64,000 nt of DNA from Candidatus Thiothrix anitrata (GCF_017901155.1 NZ_CP072800.1:645283-709282); one strand, 5' to 3'. Shown: positions 20,433 to 31,370, counted from the first letter of the stretch. The notes: generated from the sequence alone by a model not told the origin. Translations and numbers: made by a program.

Positions 20433-20441
20433 ACTCAGCGC

Positions 20442-21410
20442 ATGAAATTGATACGCCATATTACCCCCGCCTCAGACGCTTCCCCCGGTTGCGTTGCCAC
20501 CATCGGTAACTTTGACGGTTTGCACCAAGGCCACCGTGCGGTGATTGCGCACGTTGAGCAACAAGCTGCCGCACGCGGTTTACCCGCTACTGTGATCAGT
20601 TTTGAACCCTTGCCGATTGAGTTTTTCCGCAGCCCGCCACCGCCGCGCATTTATGCGTTACGCGACAAATTGCACTTGCTGCAATCGCTGGGGGTGACAC
20701 AGTTTGCGTGCCTGCGTTTCGACCAGCAGCTTGCCAGCATGGAAGCGGAAGATTTCGTGCAAGACATCCTGCTCGCGGGTTTGAAGGTGCGTTATCTGGT
20801 GGTTGGCGATGATTTCCGCTTTGGCAAGGGGCGGCGCGGTGATTATCACTTGTTGCAGCAAATGGGTGCGGCGCACGGCATGGAAGTGGTGGATACCCCA
20901 ACCTTATTGCACACCGATGAGCGCGTCAGCAGCACCCGCATTCGTTTAGCACTCAGCACCGCCGAACTGGAACTCGCCACCACCTTGCTGGGGCAGCCTT
21001 ACCGCATTTCCGGGCGGGTACGTCACGGCGATAAGCGCGGGCGCACCATCGGCTTTCCGACCTTAAACCTGCGCGTGCCGCAACACGTTGCCTTACGCAA
21101 AGGCGTTTACGCGGTACGAGTTATGGGTTTGGGGGAAACTGCGGTGTATGGCGTGGCAAACGTCGGGGTGCGCCCCACGGTGCATGGCATGGAAAACCGT
21201 TTGGAAGCGCATTTATTCGACTTTAATCAACAAGTCTACGGCAAACACATTTGCGTGGAGCCTGTCGCTTTTTTGCGTGATGAAATGAAATTTTCATCAT
21301 TTGACGACCTCAAAACGCAAATTGCCCGCGATGCAGAACAAGCGCGGGCAATTTTCAGTCTTTCTCTCCCTTCCACCCTTGCGGGGGAAGGGTTAGGGAT
21401 GGGGGGTTAA
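20442..21410 (+). CDS. ribF: Bifunctional riboflavin kinase / FMN adenylyltransferase
   Basis: [12 protein letters not shown] and the riboflavin kinase C-terminal domain (GFPTLNLR...HLFDF) are present. Confidence 0.9.
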   Translation: MKLIRHITPASDASPGCVATIGNFDGLHQGHRAVIAHVEQQAAARGLPATVISFEPLPIEFFRSPPPPRIYALRDKLHLLQSLGVTQFACLRFDQQLASMEAEDFVQDILLAGLKVRYLVVGDDFRFGKGRRGDYHLLQQMGAAHGMEVVDTPTLLHTDERVSSTRIRLALSTAELELATTLLGQPYRISGRVRHGDKRGRTIGFPTLNLRVPQHVALRKGVYAVRVMGLGETAVYGVANVGVRPTVHGMENRLEAHLFDFNQQVYGKHICVEPVAFLRDEMKFSSFDDLKTQIARDAEQARAIFSLSLPSTLAGEGLGMGG

Positions 21411-22420
21411 TTGTTGGTGTGATAACCCACGACCAATTCCACTTCATTGCGTGAACCCATTACCACGGGTACGCGTTGGTGCAAATCGCTGGGTTGGATT
21501 TCCATAATGCGTTCGTAAGCGGTGCTTGCCATGCCGCCTGCTTGCTCAACGATAAAGCCCATTGGATTGGCTTCGTACATTAAGCGCAGTTTGCCGGTTT
21601 TGCCCGTCACTTTCATTTTACTATCCATTGGGTAAATGAAAATGCCGCCGCGTGTCAGAATACGGTGAATTTCCGCTACCATTGACGCAACCCAACGCAT
21701 ATTGAAATCTTTACCACGCACGCCTTCCTTGCCTGCCAAGCATTCGCTGATGTAACGTTGCATTGGTGGTTCCCAGTAACGCTGGTTTGACACATTGATC
21801 GCAAATTCTTTGGTATCCGCCGGGATTTTCACGTCTTCGCGAGTCAACAAGAATTCGCCGCAATCTTTATCCAGCGTAAACATATTTACGCCTTTGCCAG
21901 TGGTCAATACCATAATGGCGGATGGCCCGTACAAGCAATAACCCGCTGCGACTTGAGTAGTGCCGGGTTGCATGAAATCGGCGGAGGTAGGATTAGTTAC
22001 GCCTTCTGGTGCTTTGATAATGGAGAAAATCGTACCCACGGATACGTTAACGTCCATATTAGAAGAGCCATCCAGCGGGTCAAATGTTACCAAATAGTGA
22101 CCGCGTGGAATGTGCTTAGGCAGGTTATAAACCTCGTCCATTTCCTCTGAAGCTAGTGCGGCAGTGTGACCACGAGACAACGCTTCAATCATCACGTCAT
22201 TGGTGATGATGTCCATTTTCTTTTGTTCTTCGCCTTGCACATTTTCAGAACCAGCGGAGCCAAGTACTCCGATCAGATCGCCTTTGCTGGTTAGGGCTGC
22301 GATTTTTTTGCAAGCCAGTGAAATGTCGTTTAATACGCAACTGAATTCACCGGTTGCGCCGCTGTATTTGCGTTGTTCTTCGAGGATAAATTGTGTGAGT
22401 GTGGTGCCAATTTGATGCAT
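21407..22420 (-). CDS. fbp: Fructose-1,6-bisphosphatase class 1
   Basis: [12 protein letters not shown]...[13 protein letters not shown]...DPLDGSSN motifs are present. Confidence 0.9.
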   Translation of the reverse strand: MHQIGTTLTQFILEEQRKYSGATGEFSCVLNDISLACKKIAALTSKGDLIGVLGSAGSENVQGEEQKKMDIITNDVMIEALSRGHTAALASEEMDEVYNLPKHIPRGHYLVTFDPLDGSSNMDVNVSVGTIFSIIKAPEGVTNPTSADFMQPGTTQVAAGYCLYGPSAIMVLTTGKGVNMFTLDKDCGEFLLTREDVKIPADTKEFAINVSNQRYWEPPMQRYISECLAGKEGVRGKDFNMRWVASMVAEIHRILTRGGIFIYPMDSKMKVTGKTGKLRLMYEANPMGFIVEQAGGMASTAYERIMEIQPSDLHQRVPVVMGSRNEVELVVGYHTNN

Positions 22421-22525
22421 AACGCTAGTTCCAATGAATAAAAAATCGTAAGCTCACCGCAGTCATTGAGGGTAGTGCTGCTAGTATATCAGAGGATTAT
22501 GATATGCTTATTCACTGCTTGCAAA

Positions 22526-22553
22526 TAAAAAAAGGCGAATCCGAGGATTCGCC
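22526..22553 (-). terminator. Orphan Rho-independent terminator (minus strand) in the fbp/ECF-sigma intergenic region
   Basis: A perfect 8-bp stem GGCGAATC/GATTCGCC with loop CGAG is followed on the minus strand by a U8 run. It lies upstream of the fbp start. Confidence 0.55.
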
Positions 22554-22889
22554 AGAACTTGCGAGGGAGTATTATAACTTTTCAGTATTGCTAGTTAGTG
22601 TATGTGTAGTGTGTCTATCAAACCGGAGTTCACACCGCTTATCTGGGCAATCGTGTCGATGATCAACAGGATTGGCGCGTACCGCTGCGCTTATCTGATT
22701 TGATTAATGGGTTTGTCGTCATGAACGCGACATCGGTTCAAAGAAAATGAAAAAATTTTCATAGGGCTGCTAAGAGTAGTGCCTAAGCACTTGGGGATTT
22801 CTCAAGTATTTGATTTTGTTGAGGTGGTGATTGTCTGGTAAAAAACCATGTAAAATTTTTATCGGGAAAGTCAATTTAATTAGAACCAA

Positions 22890-23522
22890 ATGCATAATAA
22901 GAGCGACACAGTAATGGAAGGCTATCCACACAGTAATGCAGAAATCACTGGCGGCATTGACAGGCCAACCGATGCCATTTTGTTGGAGCGCATTGGGCAA
23001 GGTGATCAACAGGCTTTCAGCCAGTTGTATTTGTATTACCAGCCAAGACTGGTGAAGTATTGCGCTCGCGTATTGCGTGATGATTTGGCGCAGGCGGCTG
23101 ATATTGTGGATGAGGCTATGTTTGATGTTTGGCGGTCAGCCGGTAATTTTGCTGGACGATCTAAGCCATCAACATGGATCTATTCCATTACCCGCAACAA
23201 AGTGATTTCGTGGTTACGTAAAACCTCGGAAGTCGGGTTAGATGATGAATCCTTGTTGGAGGCGTTGGTTGATCCTGCTGCTACGCCCCATGAGGAGTTG
23301 GCAATGAATGATATGACGCAGCAGTTGCTGCGGCTAGTCGACCAATTGAGTGATGAACACCGCGAGGTCTTGAAGCTGACTTACTTTGAGGATATGTCTG
23401 TCAAAGAAGTCGCCGACTTATTGGGAATTTCGGAAAATACTGTCAAAACACGTATGTTCTATGCCCGCAAACGCATGGCGCAATTGCTGGATAAGGCAGG
23501 TATTACTAACGTTGATTTGTAA
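22890..23522 (+). CDS. ECF-family RNA polymerase sigma-70 factor
   Basis: Sigma-2 (FSQLYLYYQPRLVKYCARVL...DIVDEAMFDVWR) and sigma-4 (LSDEHREVLKLTYFEDMSVKEVADLLGISENTVKTRMFYARKRM) regions are present. Confidence 0.85.
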   Translation: MHNKSDTVMEGYPHSNAEITGGIDRPTDAILLERIGQGDQQAFSQLYLYYQPRLVKYCARVLRDDLAQAADIVDEAMFDVWRSAGNFAGRSKPSTWIYSITRNKVISWLRKTSEVGLDDESLLEALVDPAATPHEELAMNDMTQQLLRLVDQLSDEHREVLKLTYFEDMSVKEVADLLGISENTVKTRMFYARKRMAQLLDKAGITNVDL

Positions 23523-23542
23523 GCACACTGAGTAACATTGTT

Positions 23543-24289
23543 ATGAGCTTATTTCCACAAGGCGATCCGGTTGAAGAAGCACGGTTGCTGTTGCCTTGGT
23601 ACATTACTGGCAAGCTTGGCGATGCTGAGCGTGAGCTGGTTGAGCGCATGTTGGCGCAACATCCGTCGTTGCAGGCAGAATACCGTAATGAACTGAATAT
23701 GGTTGGCCTGATCCGCGACAATGCCAGCTTGCTGCAACTGAGCACGGTGGATTCCACCACGCAACGCCTCGATAAACTGATGAAGCGCATTGAGCGCGAA
23801 ACGCAACATGTCGCGCCGCCAGTTGTGTCCGTAGAGTCTGCACACCACCAGCCGTCAGTGAAACCCAAGCCCTCATGGGCTGATTTTTTGCGCAAACTGA
23901 TCCCGGATGCGACTTGGTTTACGCCAGCGAATACGGTTTTTGCCAGTTTGTTGGTGATTCAGATAGGTTTGCTGGGTTGGTATAGCAACTCTCTGACCGT
24001 CAATCCAGAAACCATTTATGTTTCCGCCAGTGTCAGCGAAACCCCGGCAACGGTTGCGGTGACGCAAGGCATGACTTTGTTGGTCAGTTTCCGTGATGAG
24101 GCGCAAATTCGGCAATTACGCCAGTTTCTGCATCAATGGAACGCACACATTATCGACGGCCCAGATAACAATGATTTGTTCCGCTTACAGATACGCGATG
24201 TCCCTGCTACTGATCAGCGTTCCGAAGTGATCTTGGAGCAAATGCAACAGGATCAAAACGTCATTGCTTTTATTGGGCGTGAATTTTAG
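23543..24289 (+). CDS. Anti-sigma factor, single-pass membrane protein
   Basis: It lies immediately downstream of the ECF sigma. An N-terminal cytoplasmic anti-sigma domain (LLPWYITGKL...ELVERMLAQHPSLQAEYRNE) is followed by one TM (VFASLLVIQIGLLGWY) and a periplasmic domain. Confidence 0.7.
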   Translation: MSLFPQGDPVEEARLLLPWYITGKLGDAERELVERMLAQHPSLQAEYRNELNMVGLIRDNASLLQLSTVDSTTQRLDKLMKRIERETQHVAPPVVSVESAHHQPSVKPKPSWADFLRKLIPDATWFTPANTVFASLLVIQIGLLGWYSNSLTVNPETIYVSASVSETPATVAVTQGMTLLVSFRDEAQIRQLRQFLHQWNAHIIDGPDNNDLFRLQIRDVPATDQRSEVILEQMQQDQNVIAFIGREF

Positions 24290-24305
24290 CGTGTTTAACA
24301 ATATC

Positions 24306-25568
24306 ATGAAATTTATCCATACTTTGCCTACACGCTGGCTGTATTCGTTATTGGCGTTTGGTTTACTGAGTGTTTCCGGGTGTAGTACCCCGCCGGAATA
24401 TAAAGTTATCGGTAAAACAACCCATTCAACGACTTGCCAAGTCAGCGCAGCATTGTGCATTGAAAGTCACGTATTTCGCGTAGTTGATTATGAAAAAGAC
24501 GAAATGCTCATCACCTATGACAGCAGCAAACCGGCTGAAGTCGCTGATGATATTTTGAAAAAATACCGGTTGCGGGCGAAACGCAGCGATAATCTCGATA
24601 GCGTCAAAACCACGATGATCACGGCTGCCACTAATGGGCAAGATCCTATGGATTTAGTCGCGGTTATTAAAAAGCAAGAAACAGAAGTCGATGCCAGTAC
24701 CAGTAATTTTTATACCACAGCCAATGTAAGCGGGAATGATCTTTATCCCATGAGCATGACTGGGGTAACTGCGGCACGTGCTCGCACGGGGAGCAGTGGG
24801 GCGGGTGTCACCATTGGGATGATTGATACACCAGTGGATATGAATTACAGCGACTCACTGCAAGCAGCGATTGAGCGGATTAACTTGGTAGCTTCCGGCG
24901 ATGAGCGCAACCGCTTACACGGCACTGAAGTTGCCGGTGTCATGGTAAGTAATAACCCGCGCATCGGCATTGCCCCGCAGTCGCGCTTGGTGGCTATCAG
25001 TGCCTTTAGTACCAATCCGGCAAACCCGGATCAACGCCGAAGCAATTCCGGTTTAGTCGCTCGTGCACTGGAAATCGCGATGGATCAGGGCGTGGATGTG
25101 TTAAATCTGAGTTTTGCGGGTAAATCCGACCCGTTGGTGGATAAGCTGGTGCAAGCAGCAGTGCAGCGCGGCATTGTGGTGGTAGCTTCCGCCGGAAATG
25201 AAGGCCCCGGTGCACAACCCGCTTACCCCGCTGCCATACCCGGTGTTATTGCCGTCACCGCTGTCGACAGAAACCGGCAGGTTTTTGGACGCGCCAACCG
25301 GGGTTCTTACATTGGATTAGCGGCTCCCGGCGTGGGTATATTGACCACCGCCCCGCGTGGTAGTTTTCAGGTTAGCAGTGGAACCTCACTCGCCACTGCT
25401 CACGTTTCCGGCGTAGCAGCATTGTTACTTGCTGCAAATCGTGCAAATTTTAGCCCCAATCTGTTGTATCAAACTGCTACGGATCTTGGTACGCCGGGTC
25501 ATGATGGTGACTATGGGCATGGGCTGGTCAATGTGGAACGTGCGCTTGCCTCAATTGGGGTGCGCTAA
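24306..25568 (+). CDS. S8-family subtilisin-like serine peptidase, lipoprotein
   Basis: The lipobox is LLSVSGC. The catalytic triad sits in IGMIDTPVD (Asp), HGTEVAG (His) and SGTSLATAHVSG (Ser). The start was moved to ATG 24306 (MKFIHTL), which gives a signal peptide. Confidence 0.85.
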   Translation: MKFIHTLPTRWLYSLLAFGLLSVSGCSTPPEYKVIGKTTHSTTCQVSAALCIESHVFRVVDYEKDEMLITYDSSKPAEVADDILKKYRLRAKRSDNLDSVKTTMITAATNGQDPMDLVAVIKKQETEVDASTSNFYTTANVSGNDLYPMSMTGVTAARARTGSSGAGVTIGMIDTPVDMNYSDSLQAAIERINLVASGDERNRLHGTEVAGVMVSNNPRIGIAPQSRLVAISAFSTNPANPDQRRSNSGLVARALEIAMDQGVDVLNLSFAGKSDPLVDKLVQAAVQRGIVVVASAGNEGPGAQPAYPAAIPGVIAVTAVDRNRQVFGRANRGSYIGLAAPGVGILTTAPRGSFQVSSGTSLATAHVSGVAALLLAANRANFSPNLLYQTATDLGTPGHDGDYGHGLVNVERALASIGVR

Positions 25569-25693
25569 AGCACAAAAACTTGATCTGTAGCAAGAAACCC
25601 ACCGAATCTGCCCAAGCGTTTTGACTTCGCTCAAAGCGGGAGTGGAGCCTCCTAATTACGATGATCTCACTCATCACGTAGGAGGCTTACCTC

Positions 25694-25840
25694 ATGACTC
25701 AGTTCTTTACCAGCACTCAAGGCATTCTTTTCATGTCGGTGTTCACCATTGTTTTCATCCTCGGCTTTCTTGGCTACCTGTTTTGGAAATTCATGAAGCT
25801 TTCCAATCACAAGCCACAACCGGGCGAAAAAACATGGTAG
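25694..25840 (+). CDS. Small single-TM membrane protein (48 aa), absent from the ORF track
   Basis: The protein is MTQFFTSTQGILFMSVFTIVFILGFLGYLFWKFMKLSNHKPQPGEKTW. A strong SD (GGAGG, 25681..25685) lies 8 nt upstream of the ATG. It resembles CcoQ/CydX-type single-helix peptides. Confidence 0.5.
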   Translation: MTQFFTSTQGILFMSVFTIVFILGFLGYLFWKFMKLSNHKPQPGEKTW

Positions 25841-25844
25841 AACC

Positions 25845-26816
<972 letters not shown>

Positions 26817-26822
26817 CTAACC

Positions 26823-27413
26823 CTAGTAGGGTTTTTCACCGACCCAATTTCCCGGTGGATTGTAATTACACACCCACAACTGCCCCTGATCGGGACACAC
26901 GGTCATCGCGCAACCTACTTCGGTGGTGCTGCGCCACACCATTTGGGTGTAATGCCCGCATTGCGCTCCGGCACGGCAGGTATTGCGGGCATAGTCGTAA
27001 TCGCTGCGTTCATCCGCCCAATCCTGCGCGACTTTGGCAGGAGCTATGCGCTGCACTTCAATACGCCCATCTGACCAGCGTAACGGGCTACCCCAATAGA
27101 GGTTTTCTCCGACATCCAGACGATTGGCGTGCGCGTGAGAACGGTGCTGCATGGTGCAACGATTATTCGCGGCTAAATGTTCCGCCCATTGTTGCGCATA
27201 GGCTGCCATTGCCCCCGACCAGCGTAACGGCGGCACACCGACCGCTGCTCGTACTTGGTTGTGGGTGGCTAACATGCCTTGCATCGCAGCGGGTTCGGTA
27301 TCCGCTAACGGCGGTGGTACATCACCCAGCGATAGCGGCGCACTCACCACGCACGCGCTGCACAATAAAACGCTGCCTAATAACGGCAATCGACGCATAA
27401 CACACCTCCACAA
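26823..27413 (-). CDS. Secreted CAP-domain (SCP/PR-1-like) protein
   Basis: A signal peptide is followed by the CAP signature (HNQVRAAVG...L.WS...A..WA...........HYTQMVW). There is no gap to the upstream MBL gene. Confidence 0.75.
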   Translation of the reverse strand: MWRCVMRRLPLLGSVLLCSACVVSAPLSLGDVPPPLADTEPAAMQGMLATHNQVRAAVGVPPLRWSGAMAAYAQQWAEHLAANNRCTMQHRSHAHANRLDVGENLYWGSPLRWSDGRIEVQRIAPAKVAQDWADERSDYDYARNTCRAGAQCGHYTQMVWRSTTEVGCAMTVCPDQGQLWVCNYNPPGNWVGEKPY

Positions 27414-28052
27414 TTAACGGATGTAAGGGTTATTGCGGCGTTCCGTGCCTATATCGGTGTTGGAGCCGTGTCCCGGTACAACGGTCACATGATCACCGAG
27501 TGTCCACAATTGGGTTTTAATCGCAGTCATCAATTGCTGATGATTTCCGCCGGGAAAATCGGTGCGCCCCACAGAACCTTGAAACAACACATCACCGGCA
27601 AATACCACAGCAGTTTCACGCTGAAAAAATACCACATGCCCCGGCGTATGACCGGGTGTGTGTAAAACTTCCAATGTGATTTCACCGACTTGCAAGGTGT
27701 CCCCATGCTGTAACCAGCGGGTCGGCACAAATGCGTCGGAATGCGGCAAGCCGAAACGTTGCGCCTGCACTGGCAAGGCATCCAGCCAGTATTTATCGGC
27801 TTCGTGAGGGCCACTGACCGGAATCGCGTAATGTGCCACCAGTGCCAGCGTACCGCCCACATGATCCAAATGCCCGTGGGTCAAAAACACCCCAATCGGA
27901 GTCAAGCCGCGCTGTTCCACAGCAGCAATCAACGCTTCCACGTCGCCACCGGGATCAACAAAGGCACAGGTTTTGGTGGCTTCGCACCAGATAATACTGC
28001 AATTTTGCGCAAAGGCCGTGACAGGAAGGCTGATGTATTGCATAAACGTCAT
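27414..28052 (-). CDS. MBL-fold metallo-hydrolase (glyoxalase II-like)
   Basis: THGHLDHVGG (the HxHxDH motif) and the downstream GHTPGH are present. Confidence 0.8.
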   Translation of the reverse strand: MTFMQYISLPVTAFAQNCSIIWCEATKTCAFVDPGGDVEALIAAVEQRGLTPIGVFLTHGHLDHVGGTLALVAHYAIPVSGPHEADKYWLDALPVQAQRFGLPHSDAFVPTRWLQHGDTLQVGEITLEVLHTPGHTPGHVVFFQRETAVVFAGDVLFQGSVGRTDFPGGNHQQLMTAIKTQLWTLGDHVTVVPGHGSNTDIGTERRNNPYIR

Positions 28053-28081
28053 CTTAGTGAACTAAACAGGACGATTATACG

Positions 28082-28885
28082 GTGGAATGGTACTTAGTGG
28101 TTGCCTTTCTGGCATTGGGCGGGGTCGTGGGATTTCTTGCGGGCTTGTTGGGTATTGGCGGCGGCGGGGTCATGGTTCCGGTATTAACCGCCTTATTCGT
28201 AGGGCAGGCGTTCCCGACGGAACAGGTGGTGCATCTGGCGTTAGGCACGTCAATGGCTGCGATTGTGCCGACCGCACTGTCGAGTTTATGGGCGCACCAT
28301 CGTAAAGGCGCGGTATTGTGGAACGTGGTGCAGCGGATTACACCGGGTATTCTGTTCGGTACGTTTGCGGGAACATTTTTAGCGAGCTATTTATCAACCA
28401 ACAGTCTGGCGATCTTTTTCGCGTGTTTCATGGCGTATGTCGCCTTACAAATGTGGCTGGGTATCAAGCCAACGCCGCATCGTGATGTACCGGGCATGGT
28501 GGGTTTATCCGCAACCGGTGCGGGCATTGGGGGAATTTCCGCGCTGGTAGCGATTGGTGGCGGTACGCTTTCCGTGCCGTTTTTGATGTGGTGCAACGTC
28601 AATATCCGCCAAGCGATTGCGACTTCTTCCGCGATTGGCTTTCCGATTGCGCTGGCGGGAACCGTGGGTTACGTGCTGAATGGCTGGCAGGTTGCGGGTT
28701 TACCGCCGTATACGCTGGGCTTTGTGTATTGGCCTGCGGTGGTGCTGATTGCACTGGTCAGTTTTTTCACCACTAGTTTGGGTGCAAACCTTGCACACAG
28801 TTTACCCGTGGCGGCGTTAAAGAAAGTATTTGCGGTATTGCTGGTGTTGCTCAGTGCGAAAATGTTGCACTCGGTGTTTGCGTAA
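28082..28885 (+). CDS. TSUP family sulfite exporter TauE/SafE
   Basis: The two-fold repeat membrane protein has GGGGV motifs (LLGIGGGGVMVPVL; AIGGGTLSVPFLM). The start is GTG. Confidence 0.85.
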   Translation: MEWYLVVAFLALGGVVGFLAGLLGIGGGGVMVPVLTALFVGQAFPTEQVVHLALGTSMAAIVPTALSSLWAHHRKGAVLWNVVQRITPGILFGTFAGTFLASYLSTNSLAIFFACFMAYVALQMWLGIKPTPHRDVPGMVGLSATGAGIGGISALVAIGGGTLSVPFLMWCNVNIRQAIATSSAIGFPIALAGTVGYVLNGWQVAGLPPYTLGFVYWPAVVLIALVSFFTTSLGANLAHSLPVAALKKVFAVLLVLLSAKMLHSVFA

Positions 28886-28911
28886 GCGGGTGCGGTTTTT
28901 GGGGTGATGCA

Positions 28912-28940
28912 GGTAGAGACGCAAGATTTTGCGTCTCTAC
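28912..28940. repeat. REP-like 29-bp palindrome (copy 1), probable bidirectional terminator/stabiliser
   Basis: GGTAGAGACGCAAGATTTTGCGTCTCTAC has a perfect 12-bp stem. It lies between the convergent tauE and maeB 3' ends. Confidence 0.6.
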
Positions 28941-28959
28941 GGTGGGTGCAGTATTTCGG

Positions 28960-31233
28960 TTAAGCTTTGCGGCTCATGGCTTCGACGCAGGCAAAGGCTG
29001 CCATGTTCACAATCCCGCGCACCGTGGTGCTTTCGGTGAGGATATGTGCGGGGTATTTTGTACCCACCAACATTGGCCCCACAGGTAAACCATCTGCCAG
29101 CGTTTTAGTCATGTTATAAGCAATATTTGCCGAATTCAGATCGGGGCAAACCAGCAAATTGGCTTCGCCCTCAAACGCGCAACCTTTGAACATGCGGTCA
29201 CGGATGTCTTGCGATAACGCCGCATCCGCGTGCATTTCACCTTCCACCAGTAAATCGGGGTGCTTTTCGCGCAAGATTTCTAGGGTGCGGCGCATTTTCG
29301 CGGAATGCACATTCATACGACTACCGAAGTTGGAATGCGACAGCAACGCCGCTTTGGGTTCCATCCCGAAACCTGCCACCAGTTCCGCTGCCAATGCGGT
29401 GTTATCCGCAAGTTGTTCAGCGGTTGGGTCATCGCCAACGTGGGTATCGGTGAGGAAATACGTGCCTTGCTTCAAAATCAGCATGGTGACAGCCGCCACA
29501 TCGCTCAAACCGGGACGTGCCCCAATCAAGTCACGCACGTAATGCAGATGCGAAATAAAGTTGCCCTCCACCCCGCAAATCATCGCGTCAGCATCGCCAC
29601 AACGTACCATCACCGCAGCAATTTGCGTGGTACGTGCTGTCATTACCCGACGGCTGTAGGTTGGTGTCACACCTTTACGGCACATCACCGCGTAATGTTC
29701 TGCCACATGGCGTTCGTAATCGGGGTTATTGCGCGGGTCAACCACGGTAATGTTTTCACCGATTTTCAAGCGCAAATCATAAGCATCAATATTGCGCTGA
29801 ATCAACTCAGGATTGCCCAGCAAAATTGGCTTGCAAACGCCATCATCCACCAATTGCTGCGCCGCGTTGATGACACGTTGCGATTCGCCTTCCGCAAACA
29901 CAATGCGCTGCGGGTTACGCTTGGCTTTGTCGAAAACGGGTTTCATGGTCATGCCGGAGCGGAACACGAAGCTTTCCAGTTGGCGTTCATACGCCTCGAA
30001 ATCGGTAATCGGGCGCGTCGCCACACCGGTTTCCATCGCTGCTTTAGCGACTCGTGGCGGAATGATGGTCATCAGGCGCGGGTCGAACGGCTTGGGAATC
30101 AGGTAGTCGCGCCCAAAGTGGAATTCCGCCCCGCCATATGCGGAAACTACTGCATCGGAGGCTTCGCGCATCGCCAAATCGCCAATGGCTTCGACCACCG
30201 CAATTTTCATCGCTTCGTTGATTTCGGTTGCGCCCACATCCAACGCGCCCCGGAACAGGAATGGGAAGCACAGCACGTTATTCACTTGGTTGGGGTAATC
30301 GCTGCGCCCGGTGGCAATGATGGCATCAGAACGTACTTCGTACACGAGTTCGGGGCGAATTTCCGGCTCAGGGTTAGCAAGCGCGAGAATCAGGGGGTTT
30401 TCCGCCATCACCTTCACATGATGCTGTTTCAACACCCGTGGCGCGGATAAACCGAGGAACACATCCACGCCGTCCATCACGTCATCCAGCGTGCGTGCGT
30501 CGGTGTCGATGGCGTAAGCGGCGTTGTACGGGTTCATCTCCTCCACCCGCCCTTTGTAGATAATGCCGAAGCGGTCGTTAACGGTGATGTTTTCTTTCTT
30601 TAAACCCATTTCCACCAGCAGATTCATGCAGGCAATCGCTGCTGCACCTGCGCCAGAACACACCAACTTCACGTCTTCGATATTCTTGCCCGCGACGCGC
30701 AAACCGTTACGGATTGCCGCTGCCACACAAATCGCCGTGCCATGCTGGTCGTCGTGGAACACCGGAATCTTCATCATCGCTTTAAGGCGTTTTTCCACCT
30801 CAAAACATTCCGGGGCTTTAATATCTTCGAGGTTAATGCCGCCGAATGTCGGTTCGAGCAAGCTGATTGCGTCCACCAAACGGTCAACGTCGAGCGTGTC
30901 CATTTCAATGTCGAAGGCATTTACGCCCGCAAATTTCTTGAACAATACCGCCTTGCCTTCCATCACGGGTTTGGAGGCGAGTGCGCCAATCGAACCCAAG
31001 CCCAACACCGCCGTGCCGTTGGAAATGACCGCCACCAGATTGCCGCGTGAAGTGTAATCTGCCGCACACGCGGGGTCAGCCGCAATCGCAAGGCTTGCTG
31101 CCGCGACACCGGGGGAATACGCCAGTGCCAAATCGCGCTGGTTCGCCATGTTTTTGGTGGGGGTGACTTCGAGTTTGCCCGGTTGCGGGAAGCGGTGGTA
31201 GTCGAGTGCGGCTTGGTCTAATTCGTCTTTCAT
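28960..31233 (-). CDS. maeB: NADP-dependent malic enzyme (malic enzyme + PTA-like domain)
   Basis: The protein is 757 aa. The malic enzyme N-terminal domain (VAVISNGTAVLGLGSIGA) is followed by a C-terminal phosphate acetyltransferase-like domain. Confidence 0.9.
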   Translation of the reverse strand: MKDELDQAALDYHRFPQPGKLEVTPTKNMANQRDLALAYSPGVAAASLAIAADPACAADYTSRGNLVAVISNGTAVLGLGSIGALASKPVMEGKAVLFKKFAGVNAFDIEMDTLDVDRLVDAISLLEPTFGGINLEDIKAPECFEVEKRLKAMMKIPVFHDDQHGTAICVAAAIRNGLRVAGKNIEDVKLVCSGAGAAAIACMNLLVEMGLKKENITVNDRFGIIYKGRVEEMNPYNAAYAIDTDARTLDDVMDGVDVFLGLSAPRVLKQHHVKVMAENPLILALANPEPEIRPELVYEVRSDAIIATGRSDYPNQVNNVLCFPFLFRGALDVGATEINEAMKIAVVEAIGDLAMREASDAVVSAYGGAEFHFGRDYLIPKPFDPRLMTIIPPRVAKAAMETGVATRPITDFEAYERQLESFVFRSGMTMKPVFDKAKRNPQRIVFAEGESQRVINAAQQLVDDGVCKPILLGNPELIQRNIDAYDLRLKIGENITVVDPRNNPDYERHVAEHYAVMCRKGVTPTYSRRVMTARTTQIAAVMVRCGDADAMICGVEGNFISHLHYVRDLIGARPGLSDVAAVTMLILKQGTYFLTDTHVGDDPTAEQLADNTALAAELVAGFGMEPKAALLSHSNFGSRMNVHSAKMRRTLEILREKHPDLLVEGEMHADAALSQDIRDRMFKGCAFEGEANLLVCPDLNSANIAYNMTKTLADGLPVGPMLVGTKYPAHILTESTTVRGIVNMAAFACVEAMSRKA

Positions 31234-31370
31234 AGCGGTCTGTCATCCTAAAAACGTAGCGGAGTTTTGTCGGTTATGTGAGGGCGTGCTTGCGCCGTGG
31301 GTTTGATATTACTCCAGTTTTGTGCAATGCGGAAAATGTTTGTGCAGCGTTAACCGGTGGGAGTTGTCGA

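Noticed and set aside
29305-30450. A 381-aa plus-strand ORF antisense to maeB. Similar long antisense ORFs lie at 9025..9687, 33190..33780, 36060..36590 and 53789..54346.
   Set aside because: They lie entirely inside well-supported genes on the other strand. Their products are low-complexity and His/Arg-rich with no motifs. They are shadow ORFs.
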